This document shows, piece by piece, positions 29,862-38,644 of a stretch of DNA of 64,000 nt. The notes under the pieces were generated by a model. It searched no databases and was not told the origin of the DNA. It was given only the letters and a program-made list of their open reading frames with translations. Made by a program: the position numbers and the translations under genes. The DNA comes from a virus (taxonomy: Duplodnaviria; Heunggongvirae; Uroviricota; Caudoviricetes): positions 291,216-355,215 of the IMG/VR virus record IMGVR_UViG_3300049049_000146. The stretch is one strand, 5' to 3'. The stretch's first letter is position 1. The number at the start of each line of letters is the position of its first letter.

Positions 29862-29909
29862 GATTTGTTCTCCAGAAAGGGACTAAGCCGGAGACAGCCT
29901 AGCGATTGG

Positions 29910-30284
29910 TCACTTAGCGACCCAGCCTGCGGTCGTACCGTTGCCCGACTCCTTCACGTACAGGGTCGTGTTGGCGCCACCGTCCGTGCGGACGTAAAGG
30001 TCACCAATGCTACCAAGCACGGCTCCAGCAGGAGCGCCGGTACCACGAAGAAGACGGCCACCACCGAGAACAACTTCCGCCTGATTGTCGGCGTTGCTCG
30101 TCGTGGGGGTCGTGCTCCAAAGAATTAGGCTAGCAGCAGCAAGCTCGATGAGCTTCGCCTTCGTAAGCTCAAGCTCCTGCTCCAGTAGTTCAACGACACG
30201 AACTTCGTTAGGCTCAAGAACACCGACGTAGCTGTTGACAGGAAGACGGCTCGCCGTGCGATTTGTGACTGAAAGATTCGGCAT
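29910..30284 (-). CDS. Virion appendage/fibre protein
   Basis: C-terminal 'GTGAP.G...GSIGDLYVRTDGGANTTLYVKESG.GT.GWVAK' module typical of phage fibres and spikes. Confidence 0.65.
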   Translation of the reverse strand: MPNLSVTNRTASRLPVNSYVGVLEPNEVRVVELLEQELELTKAKLIELAAASLILWSTTPTTSNADNQAEVVLGGGRLLRGTGAPAGAVLGSIGDLYVRTDGGANTTLYVKESGNGTTAGWVAK

Positions 30285-30361
30285 GTCCCAGGTTACTCCG
30301 TGGCGAGGACCCTCCCCACCAACTCATTCGGTATATAATCGAGGGGTGCCGTTCCATTATC

Positions 30362-31075
30362 TCAAACGCTGCTCGGGCTCCATTTCATAAGGAGAATCCA
30401 CTCATTTCCTGTGCCGAGGATCTGGGCGCATTCACCTACCCCTAGCTGAAAAAGCTCGCCAAAATAGACGTTGCCGATTCCTCGGTAGTGCTTCACGGTG
30501 ATGAATGATGCACGAACCTCAGGAGGCAAACGTAGCGTAACGTGCCCTGTAGTCGTGTCACACAGAATCAGCTGGTCGTCATCCTGAACGCTGTCCGCCC
30601 CTGAAACAAATCGGAACTTGGGCAGGTGCTCGTGGTTTCCGGCCGCAGCCTGCTTAGCGCCTGTACCGAGAGAACGAAGGCCGGGCTGCGTCGGTAGTGG
30701 GTCAAGCAACGATGAATTCAGCTTATTCACCGTGATTGAAGCAGCCGCAATGTGCCTGGTACCTACAGCACTCGGAGCAATCTCAAGCTTGTCAGGGAAT
30801 CGTCCGACGATAGCGCCGCCTGCGTCGCCTGTGGGGAGGCCGCCAGCGTGTTCCTGTACAAAGCGCACCGTCGCGATAGCCCCCTCAGGGGTAGAATCCG
30901 TCGAGGTCGTGTAGGAAATTGCACCAGAAGTGCGCAACGACTCCAACTTTGACCGGACAGAATCAAGCTGCGTGACGTTCACGTTGAACTCGCGGGTCTC
31001 CGTCGGCCCAACGAATCCAATCGTGGAATCGAGCACGATGCGGGAGCGTGTGTTGTTCTTCACCGTCAGCAGCAT
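30362..31075 (-). CDS. Virion fibre-like protein
   Basis: 'G.AGG...G.FP', 'RSLGTGAKQAAAGNH', 'ILCDTT.G.VTL.LP' fibre motifs. Confidence 0.6.
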   Translation of the reverse strand: MLLTVKNNTRSRIVLDSTIGFVGPTETREFNVNVTQLDSVRSKLESLRTSGAISYTTSTDSTPEGAIATVRFVQEHAGGLPTGDAGGAIVGRFPDKLEIAPSAVGTRHIAAASITVNKLNSSLLDPLPTQPGLRSLGTGAKQAAAGNHEHLPKFRFVSGADSVQDDDQLILCDTTTGHVTLRLPPEVRASFITVKHYRGIGNVYFGELFQLGVGECAQILGTGNEWILLMKWSPSSV

Positions 31076-31083
31076 AGATTACC

Positions 31084-32220
31084 TCAGAGAAGACCCAAAC
31101 GGGACATGAGTGGGAGAATTTGACTAGAGCCTCCCTGGACCGTCTGCACCTTCGCAACGAGGCTGGTCAGGCCGAAGTCGTAGGGGCGCGTTGCGAGCAC
31201 GCCTGTGCTCACGCGACGGAGCATATTCCTCTTCGTCTTCTGAAGCTCATTGTCCAGGTAGTCCTTTAGACGGCTCATTGCGTCGGAGTACGTACCAGTG
31301 CGGTCTACGTCGAGCGTGGTGGTCTGGCCTCCGAAGTTGAAGGCAAGCTCGCCCTCGCTGATGTACTGCGCCTGAAGGCCCCACCAAGCGGAAGCGGCGA
31401 GGAGGAAATTCGTCATACCGTAGGCGAATGGGAACGTCGTAAGGTCCCACGAAGTGATCGGGTTCGTGGCATTGATCGTGTCTACGCCGCGTAGGAAGTA
31501 CGCATACATATCTGCGTCGCTGTAAGCCTGAACGTGACCGACCTTCTTCTGAATCTTGTCGATCAGCATACGAAGATCGGGCTGTAGCCACCAGAATGTC
31601 TGCTCTGGTACACGAATCTGGTGAATGAATGTAGTGGCGGGAGATACGACGGTCTGACGGCACTGCCAGCGCACGAGATACGCGCCCTCGCTCAGCGTTG
31701 GCGTGTCAGCATAGTAGATGTAGAACCCGTCCTGCTGCACTTCCTGAAGGAAGGGAGTCAGGTCGTACGTCGTGTTCGCGCGGTTGACCAAGAAGCACTG
31801 CTTCTCTGCTTGTGCATTCTTGAATTTGATGATGACGCGCTCGGACTGGCCGCAGTACGTAATCATCGTGTACTGGCGCTCGTCTGGCGACGCTTCAATG
31901 TTGTCGATGACGACGAAGTTCGACTGGCGTTCGATCTGACGGCCACCGTTCGTGACCATCATCCAGTCGATGCGCCATGGCGTATCAGGACCACCGAGCA
32001 TCGCGTCAGCGGGCACGAACCATTGAAAGCGCCAGCGTCCGTCGCCCAGAGAAGTGGCAACGCCGGACTGGATGATCTCTTCCGCAGGTGAAACAATCGA
32101 CACCGAAGGATACGCCAACGGATCGACTGGAACGATCGGCGAAACACCATCAGCATCAACGAATAGCTGCTCGAAAGCAACCATTGTTCCGCGCACGACC
32201 TTTTGAGCAGAATTCGCCAT
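31084..32220 (-). CDS. Putative head-tail adaptor/neck protein with N-terminal Ig-like domains
   Basis: Two Ig-like beta domains, then a helical 'LRMLIDK...YSD.D...F..G...IN' adaptor-like region. Confidence 0.5.
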   Translation of the reverse strand: MANSAQKVVRGTMVAFEQLFVDADGVSPIVPVDPLAYPSVSIVSPAEEIIQSGVATSLGDGRWRFQWFVPADAMLGGPDTPWRIDWMMVTNGGRQIERQSNFVVIDNIEASPDERQYTMITYCGQSERVIIKFKNAQAEKQCFLVNRANTTYDLTPFLQEVQQDGFYIYYADTPTLSEGAYLVRWQCRQTVVSPATTFIHQIRVPEQTFWWLQPDLRMLIDKIQKKVGHVQAYSDADMYAYFLRGVDTINATNPITSWDLTTFPFAYGMTNFLLAASAWWGLQAQYISEGELAFNFGGQTTTLDVDRTGTYSDAMSRLKDYLDNELQKTKRNMLRRVSTGVLATRPYDFGLTSLVAKVQTVQGGSSQILPLMSRLGLL

Positions 32221-32309
32221 AGTCCACACAACCCCTCTCGTTATATTGAGATAGGCTGGTCCTCAAATAACGGGGCCGGCTCGATTTGCTAACGCAGCAG
32301 GGGCATTTC

Positions 32310-33440
32310 GTGAGCGCAAGAGGGTACAGGCCACCAGACGACGACAGGGTCAGTTCCAGAACGGACATTCTGGACGACCTGCCGCAGCGTCACGCGCGCG
32401 AGGACCTGGTCCCCATCATCGCGAGAATGAGTCAGAACGCAACGAACGTAGACCCTGTCTACTTCGAGTTCTTTCAGCGACTGAAGACGGGACGTCGCTG
32501 CTCCTGCTGGACTGTCGAGACCGAGGCGCAGGCGCTCTGCGTGTGCTGCTTCGGAACTGGAGTCGTAGGCGGGTACAACAAACGTGGCACGAAGACAGAA
32601 GTGTTCGATGTCACGTACCCCAATACGCGTTGTGCGAACACCACACCTGATTACGCACAGCCTACGCGGCCTACGTTCTGGTCGCTTGTGAAGACGGCGG
32701 TCTTCGGGACAATCGAATTTGACATCCCGATCACAAGCAACATCGGAAAGATTGACGTTCTCGATATTCAGGATTACCAGCCTGAGGGTACCGAGATTCA
32801 ATACTACGTCAAATCCCCTTCGGAGGCAGACTTCATTCGCCTTACGCAGGCGTCAGTTACAGCCAGACTCGGACAAAAGAAGCTCCAAGTCAAGGTCGTA
32901 ATGAAGCGGGTCAGCCCTGTGGCACCTCTGCCGAAGCTCGTGTGCATGCGCTTTTCGTACAAGCTCATCCCCCACACAGAAATTCGAGTCGACATTCCCC
33001 GTGTACAGGAGAGTCTCACACTCGAAGAGTTCGGTATCTATCAAAGCTTCAGCAGCCAGACGTTCTTCCTCGACAACACACTCAAGAATGTCAGCACCGA
33101 AGACTTCATGTACAACGTCAGGGACGGCACGCGCTGGAAGGTAATTGAGGTTTCAGACAACCGTCCCCTTGGAATGCTGACGTCGTGGGATCTTACCGCC
33201 CGTCTCGTCCAAGATTTCGAGTCTTACGCAAAGGTTCCGCTTGGTGAGCTTACCTCGAAGATTCTTCCTGAGTACGTCAAGAGCATTCAGACAGACAAGG
33301 AAGATGCATCGTTTGTCTACAAGAGCGATACAAGCCATCTAAGGCAGCCTGGAAATCGACCACAGACATCAACACCTGACGGACCGCCTGTCACATCACC
33401 AGGACAAACCGACGTTAGCTCTCCGAAGCGAGAGGTTTAA
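32310..33440 (+). CDS. Putative neck/head-completion protein
   Basis: 'GRRCSCW...CVCCFGTGVVGGY' zinc motif and 'D......G.RW.V..V' typical of large-phage neck proteins; the start could be TTG 32286. Confidence 0.55.
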   Translation: MSARGYRPPDDDRVSSRTDILDDLPQRHAREDLVPIIARMSQNATNVDPVYFEFFQRLKTGRRCSCWTVETEAQALCVCCFGTGVVGGYNKRGTKTEVFDVTYPNTRCANTTPDYAQPTRPTFWSLVKTAVFGTIEFDIPITSNIGKIDVLDIQDYQPEGTEIQYYVKSPSEADFIRLTQASVTARLGQKKLQVKVVMKRVSPVAPLPKLVCMRFSYKLIPHTEIRVDIPRVQESLTLEEFGIYQSFSSQTFFLDNTLKNVSTEDFMYNVRDGTRWKVIEVSDNRPLGMLTSWDLTARLVQDFESYAKVPLGELTSKILPEYVKSIQTDKEDASFVYKSDTSHLRQPGNRPQTSTPDGPPVTSPGQTDVSSPKREV

Positions 33441-33450
33441 GGAGTAACAC

Positions 33451-33858
33451 ATGCCAACATTCCAGATTCGCCGAGGAGATCCTTCGGCAAGCCCACCTCC
33501 GAGCGATGACCCGGCGCTCACCGTTCTGCTCACGGCGGACGATCGTGCTGTCATCTGCGTCGGCGCAAAGATGTTCGCAGCGTCGGACACCGGACAGGTC
33601 AGTCGAGGAATGCAGAGCGCACTTATCGGCAAGCGTTACGCAGGCCCCTATGCGGGCACTGTTGATCGCAAGCCGCTGTCACACGGCGGCACTCTCAATA
33701 TCTCAATTCACGGTGTCGATATCCCCGACGAAACAGCTAAAACGCTAGATCAGATGATCAAAGATGCTCTCGCAGATCTAGTTTATCGCAGATACCTCGT
33801 ATGCACGGTCGACGGGGGAGCAAGGCTGACACCAGACGAGGTTAGAACTCACGCGTAA
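33451..33858 (+). CDS. Hypothetical protein
   Basis: 135 aa, AAGGAG RBS. Confidence 0.65.
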   Translation: MPTFQIRRGDPSASPPPSDDPALTVLLTADDRAVICVGAKMFAASDTGQVSRGMQSALIGKRYAGPYAGTVDRKPLSHGGTLNISIHGVDIPDETAKTLDQMIKDALADLVYRRYLVCTVDGGARLTPDEVRTHA

Positions 33859-33871
33859 GGAGAAACAATAG

Positions 33872-34297
33872 GTGCAGATTGAACTACGGCAGCATGAAGA
33901 TGGCACCTACGTACTTGAAGTAGTCTCGAACAATCAGAAGAAGGAAGTCGACGTAACGTTGATTATCCAAGAGATTGTCGTCAACAAGCTCAAGTACCTA
34001 CAGACCAAGCTTCAGCTTGAAGAGCGTTACAGGAATTGGATTGTCGAGTCGGCTCAAGAAACTAACCGTAGTCTCTCAACCACTGCATCTAGGTACGCCC
34101 AGATGCAGCAGCGTCTCAAGGAAACTAACGAAGCGATCTATACCGCTGTCGACCTATGGCGAAAGCAAAAAGAACTTCAAGGAAGCATGATGGTTCTGAA
34201 CCGAGTAGCGGATCAGAATCGCCACTTCATCGAGAACGACTCAGCGCTCCAGAACCTAGAGAAGGTCCTGAACAAGGGCCAGAAGCCACAGGGCTAG
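33872..34297 (+). CDS. Hypothetical coiled-coil protein
   Basis: 141 aa, AAGGAG upstream. Confidence 0.6.
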   Translation: MQIELRQHEDGTYVLEVVSNNQKKEVDVTLIIQEIVVNKLKYLQTKLQLEERYRNWIVESAQETNRSLSTTASRYAQMQQRLKETNEAIYTAVDLWRKQKELQGSMMVLNRVADQNRHFIENDSALQNLEKVLNKGQKPQG

Positions 34298-34752
34298 GGT
34301 CCATCCTAGCGATGGACCCAGGCTCGAAGAACTTTGCCTGGGCCTTCCGTAAGGAAGGGAAATTAGTTACAGCGGGATGGCTAAAGGCCATGCCGACAGT
34401 CTACGAAGATGAAGAGTTCATCAATCACTACCTCGAACTCTTAACCAAGCTCAAGCCTGACTTTGTCATCCTTGAGCGGTTCATGGTGCGTGATCGTGGC
34501 CAGAGCGTTCTGGCAGAAATCATCAACCAGATGATCGGCAGAATCTGCGTGCTCTCCCGTGCATTCGGAAGAGACGTACTACAGGTCACTGCCGCTCAAT
34601 GGAAAGTGTACATGGAGAAGAACAAGGGGAAGGACTCTACCGGCCTGTTCCCTGAGTTGCCGAGCATCCACCAGCAAGATGCTGCGGCTATGGCTCTGTA
34701 CGCTGATGAGTATTGGATTACTGAAACGGTAAAGCGGGCAGCCAAGAACTAG
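34156..34752 (+). CDS. ruvC: RuvC-like Holliday junction resolvase
   Basis: ILAMDPGSKNFAW, VILERF, QWK, HQQDAAAMA; start codon ambiguous (34156 vs 34312). Confidence 0.85.
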   Translation: MAKAKRTSRKHDGSEPSSGSESPLHRERLSAPEPREGPEQGPEATGLGSILAMDPGSKNFAWAFRKEGKLVTAGWLKAMPTVYEDEEFINHYLELLTKLKPDFVILERFMVRDRGQSVLAEIINQMIGRICVLSRAFGRDVLQVTAAQWKVYMEKNKGKDSTGLFPELPSIHQQDAAAMALYADEYWITETVKRAAKN

Positions 34753-35390
34753 CGCGACACACTCTCGTTGCGAGAGATCCTACGGGAACTACGACGCTGC
34801 TTCACCTTCGGCTTCTCGGAAAGCTCGATAGACTCTTCCCAGTCTCCGGCGTCGTTAATAGACGCTCCGACCTGGTGACAGCCGCTATCGATACGCTCGT
34901 CACGCGCACCGCGAGCCCACTCCTTCTTGTGGAAGTCGAGGTAGTCTGACGTCAACAGACCGGGCTTACGCTCGTCTGGACGACGCACAGCGTGAATTGC
35001 GAACAGAAGCTCGTTGCCCTTCTCACGAAGAACCTCGGCGGACTCACGCAGCGTGTCGCTCGTGTAGACCCAGCCCTCCAAGTTCTCGTGCAGAATGCGT
35101 GGCGACCCCTGGAACTCAGACTCAAACCACTGGTCCGACGCTGGGCGTTCAAGCTCATACGCCGAGCGCAGTAGTACCGTGGCCAGGTCACGAAGCTGCT
35201 GAGCAGTGTAGCCCTTCATGTCCATGCCCTTGCTTACGAAGGTCATGTCAGTCGAGCCCATTGCTCCAAAGGAAATGCAGAGGTCAGCACGATCAGGCAG
35301 TCTCTCAGAGCGAGAGACTGCGATCGTGACTCCGCTATTGCCAGTGTGAACGTAACGAGAATCTAAGACACGCGGAAAAGACGTACTCAT
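34749..35390 (-). CDS. Hypothetical protein
   Basis: 213-aa ORF directly downstream of the release factor. Confidence 0.55.
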   Translation of the reverse strand: MSTSFPRVLDSRYVHTGNSGVTIAVSRSERLPDRADLCISFGAMGSTDMTFVSKGMDMKGYTAQQLRDLATVLLRSAYELERPASDQWFESEFQGSPRILHENLEGWVYTSDTLRESAEVLREKGNELLFAIHAVRRPDERKPGLLTSDYLDFHKKEWARGARDERIDSGCHQVGASINDAGDWEESIELSEKPKVKQRRSSRRISRNESVSR

Positions 35391-35396
35391 TGGATA

Positions 35397-36084
35397 TTAC
35401 ACCAGGATTTCTTCCCAGTCTCCTCTGAGATACCTCTTTACAGATGTTTTCCGACCATTTCGGTGATCAATTACGACGTCATCCTGATATCGGATGGTCC
35501 GGATCTTATCCCCGCGCATTCCAGAGCCGACTTGCTCCTTTCTCGCCGCTGCCATTGCAGAGAATTTGGCATTCTGTTCTGCTTCGTACAAGCGAGCACG
35601 AAGAAGAGCCTTAGCCAATTCCTTGTTCTGAAGCTGCGAGCGTTCGTTCTCGACACGAACAACAAGCCCAGAAGGCTTGTGAACAGCACGGACCGCGGAT
35701 TCAGTCTTGTTCCGCTTCTGGCCTCCATTACCGGAGCCACGGAACGTAGACCACTCGATGTCGCGTTCGTCGAGACGGACCTGTGTAGGTCCAGGCTCCG
35801 CCAACACAGCGACCGTCACGGTGGACGTATGAACGCGTCCCCGCTTCTCGTTGGGAGGGATTCGCTGGTAGCGATGGCCTCCCGATTCATTCTGGAACGT
35901 ACTGCGGGCACCGCGCCCGCTTACACGGAACGCTAGAAACCCAGGACGCTCTTCGATGACTTCAAACTGGTCAAAGACCCCTCCGACCTCCGAGCTTCAC
36001 GTAGGTCGAGAAAAGCTCGTGTACGAGATCCTTGGCGTCGTCGCCACCTTCACCAGCCCGAATTTCTACGATCACAGATTCCAT
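35397..36084 (-). CDS. Class I peptide chain release factor (domain-1-less, RF1-like), translated via a +1 programmed frameshift; 228 aa
   Basis: GGGAGG RBS and ATG 36084: MESVIVEIRAGEGGDDAK...GRRGL then TGA. The +1 frame continues DQFEVIEERPG...ESGGHRYQRIPPNEKRGRVHTSTVTVAVL...GSGNGGQKRNKTESAVR...ERSQLQNK...GMRGDKIRT. Confidence 0.92.
35970..35984 (-). promoter_or_regulatory. prfB-type +1 frameshift cassette (internal SD, 3-nt spacer, CTT-TGA-C)
   Basis: Minus strand reads GGAGG GGT CTT TGA C, the same geometry as the prfB site (AGGGGG TAT CTT TGA C). Confidence 0.9.
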
Positions 36085-36250
36085 TGCGAACCTCCCTATC
36101 TGTTAGGGTAAGACTACTTCAGACTACGACAAACTAGCTGAGGTATCAATCGGCCTTCGGAGAGTCCCCACCCTCATCGGCCTGTGTCGTCGGTTCTGCC
36201 CCTTCCGAGAAAGCAGAATCGACGGCATCCTTTTGGGATGCCGACATCGT

Positions 36251-37057
36251 TCATTCGTCCCGCTCAGGCGTGTAGCCATCGAACGAAGCAAGGGCCTGGG
36301 CTGCCGCAGCAGCCTGCATGTCTGCCTGAATCTTGGCGTCCTCACGAGCCTGAATATCACAGACCGTGCAGGAACCAAGCTCGTGCACGTGATCAACGCC
36401 GCTGGCGTGGGATTCCGCGACGTGGTCACGTTCCTTTTGCACCATCTCTTCGAGAACACTCATCATCTGCGGCATCAACTCGGGGCCTCGCTCCTCCACG
36501 AGGATACGGCCCATCTCTTCAGCGCTCTCCGCCTTCTCCAGGCGCTCCTGCAGATCGAAACCAGCAACGTCCATCTGGTTGCGGGCTTCGCGGAGGTCGT
36601 CGCTGCTGGGCATCTGGGGAAGGTCCTCGACCTTCTTCGCTTCGCTCTCAGTGCGGAATCCTTCGCCAGACACACCACCGACGGTACGAGCGATGCGCCC
36701 AGTGAACACATCGCGCTTGTACTGCTCCTTCAGATCGACCTTGCTCTGGACGCCGTGGCGATCGAGGAGATCACGGGCAACGGTGCTCGCAGTCTCGGGC
36801 GATTCAGCAAAGCTACGCTGAACCTCCATGCGGAATCTCTTGAGACCATCCTCCGTGAGGGGAGGATCGAGCTTGATGTGAACCTCACGAGGAGGTTCCT
36901 TTGAACCAATCTCAGGCTGCGTCTCGACGAACTCCTTCTTGAAGTGCCAAGCAGGAGGGGCGTCAATCTTCAGACGGAAGATGCGGCCAAGGACTGGAAG
37001 ATGAAATTCGAGACGGTACAGGTCCCGCTCTGAGTCAATGTTGAGTACGAAAGACAT
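36251..37057 (-). CDS. Hypothetical protein
   Basis: 268 aa, GGAGG RBS, 'HVH..GSCTVC' metal-binding motif. Confidence 0.65.
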   Translation of the reverse strand: MSFVLNIDSERDLYRLEFHLPVLGRIFRLKIDAPPAWHFKKEFVETQPEIGSKEPPREVHIKLDPPLTEDGLKRFRMEVQRSFAESPETASTVARDLLDRHGVQSKVDLKEQYKRDVFTGRIARTVGGVSGEGFRTESEAKKVEDLPQMPSSDDLREARNQMDVAGFDLQERLEKAESAEEMGRILVEERGPELMPQMMSVLEEMVQKERDHVAESHASGVDHVHELGSCTVCDIQAREDAKIQADMQAAAAAQALASFDGYTPERDE

Positions 37058-37117
37058 CGAAAGCCTCCGGCATGGGTTAGGGCTTATGCCTATTAGATAA
37101 CTTCTAACTCCGCGCGA

Positions 37118-37585
37118 CTATCTTTTTCTCTGCTTACCGCCACGAGTCCGGAAAGCCTCTTCCTTCCATCCTCGCTGGATTCTGCGACAGAGACTGCGGT
37201 ACTTGATGTTGAGGAACTTTGCCCAACGGTAGAGGCTCATCGTCCTCTTTCGGCCATCGGGACCAACCGCAGTCACAGAGGTTCCACCAGCGTAGAGTAG
37301 GTAGGCGTTCTGTTCGCTCGCAGTGGCCCAGGTTACGTTCCCTGGCTCGTACCCCTTCGTCGAATCAATGCGATGAAGGGTGCAGCCCTCTGGTCGCTCG
37401 CCTACGTGCTCAAGGAAGCGCTCGAAGCCTCCACGTCCCGTCCATTCGTCGCAAACCGTGATCCCCTTACCACCGTAGTCCGGGTAGCTCTTGTGCTTCG
37501 GATTCCGGCAGCGCTGGTGCATCGCGGTCCAGGTGCCGTACGTCGGGCTAGCCTTGCCGCCCTTCTTGTGACCGTGCTTGCTCAC
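37118..37585 (-). CDS. HNH-type homing endonuclease-like protein
   Basis: TY.TW.AM.QRC.NP...Y..YGG.GITVC.EW..F..F...G.RP...TL.RID...GYEPGN..WAT. Confidence 0.85.
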   Translation of the reverse strand: MSKHGHKKGGKASPTYGTWTAMHQRCRNPKHKSYPDYGGKGITVCDEWTGRGGFERFLEHVGERPEGCTLHRIDSTKGYEPGNVTWATASEQNAYLLYAGGTSVTAVGPDGRKRTMSLYRWAKFLNIKYRSLCRRIQRGWKEEAFRTRGGKQRKR

Positions 37586-37950
37586 GGCAGTGCATTGTGA
37601 AATTCGAGAGCGAGGTCACGGAGAATGGCAGCGTCCGGGCCGTACTCCTCAAGCTCGTTCACAGCGTTGATCTGTGAGATGCGAAGAAACGCCTTGCGCC
37701 AATCGTTGCTGAAGAAGAGTAGGATGCCGTTCATTCCCTCAAGCAGCATGTCACTAGCTTCGCGCCACACACCGAAAGCTGGGTCCTTCTTAGCAGAAGC
37801 AAGCCAAGGGAGACGCTCTACGTACTTCGAGGCAGCAAGCTCTTGAACCTTGCCGAAGGCTGAATGGAATTCGGGCCCATCCGCGACAAAGGTTTCACGG
37901 TGGGCCCGAAGAGCGAGCAGTAGACCGAGGTAGAACTGATAGCGGCTCAC
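37582..37950 (-). CDS. Hypothetical protein
   Basis: 122 aa, GAGG RBS, GTGA overlap. Confidence 0.6.
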   Translation of the reverse strand: MSRYQFYLGLLLALRAHRETFVADGPEFHSAFGKVQELAASKYVERLPWLASAKKDPAFGVWREASDMLLEGMNGILLFFSNDWRKAFLRISQINAVNELEEYGPDAAILRDLALEFHNALP

Positions 37951-37968
37951 ACCTCGTGTTTACAGGAG

Positions 37969-38367
37969 TCAGTTGCGGATGATCACCATAGCGTTCGGAT
38001 CACCCGAGACCGTGACTGAGCCGAACTTGATATTCGGGTCAACCCAGGTGGAGCAGCAACGGCAGGGGTAGCCACTCATTCCACACTGGAAGCAGGGAGA
38101 ACCGATGGGGCGAGCAGTCGAATTCGGGTCAGGAGTGTAGGGCAACGGAACAACAGTCACAGGAGGGTTAACCGCTGGCACATACGGGCTCACCCTGATA
38201 CCTGATCCGCTAGCAGGAAACGTGATGGTCTGGATGTAATCACTGGGGACAACAGGCTCCACCTTCTTCAGGTCTCCCTGCTTCTCGACGAGGAGCTTCA
38301 TTAGCTCCGGCAGCGAGTCCATATCGATTTCCAGTTCGACCTTCATCTTCTTGCTATTCGTCGTCAT
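37969..38367 (-). CDS. Hypothetical protein with a Cys cluster
   Basis: ATG 38367 after GAGGAGG; CFQCG...CRCC. Confidence 0.55.
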   Translation of the reverse strand: MTTNSKKMKVELEIDMDSLPELMKLLVEKQGDLKKVEPVVPSDYIQTITFPASGSGIRVSPYVPAVNPPVTVVPLPYTPDPNSTARPIGSPCFQCGMSGYPCRCCSTWVDPNIKFGSVTVSGDPNAMVIIRN

Positions 38368-38644
38368 CTGAATCATCCTCCTCATCGAAGACTTCGTGCA
38401 GATCGTCATCGTCCCCATCGTCGTCGGGGTCCTCTGTACGCTCAGAGGTTCGGACGTACTCTGACTCTAGGAATTTCACAAGGCCCCGAAGGAGTGGGAT
38501 GATATTCTCACCCTCAGACTCCATCCAGTCCTCTTCGAATTCCATGTCGTGAATCTGGTCCACGAGATAGCCGTGCAGTCGGGTTAACTGCTCGTCACTC
38601 ATAGAGTCGAGGTCGATGATTTTCTGCTTGCGTTTCCTAGCCAC
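38354..38644 (-). CDS. Small acidic hypothetical protein
   Basis: 96 aa; basic N-terminus, Asp/Glu-rich C-terminus; GGAGAGG RBS. Confidence 0.6.
   Translation of the reverse strand: MARKRKQKIIDLDSMSDEQLTRLHGYLVDQIHDMEFEEDWMESEGENIIPLLRGLVKFLESEYVRTSERTEDPDDDGDDDDLHEVFDEEDDSDDDE

Noticed and set aside
35970-35976. Release factor as a simple frameshifted pseudogene
   Set aside because: The break coincides exactly with an SD-3nt-CTT-TGA-C cassette, and both halves keep their conserved motifs.
37118-37585. HNH gene as part of an intron or intein
   Set aside because: It is free-standing between intact ORFs; no split host gene is apparent, and TerL, RecA and RNR are uninterrupted.
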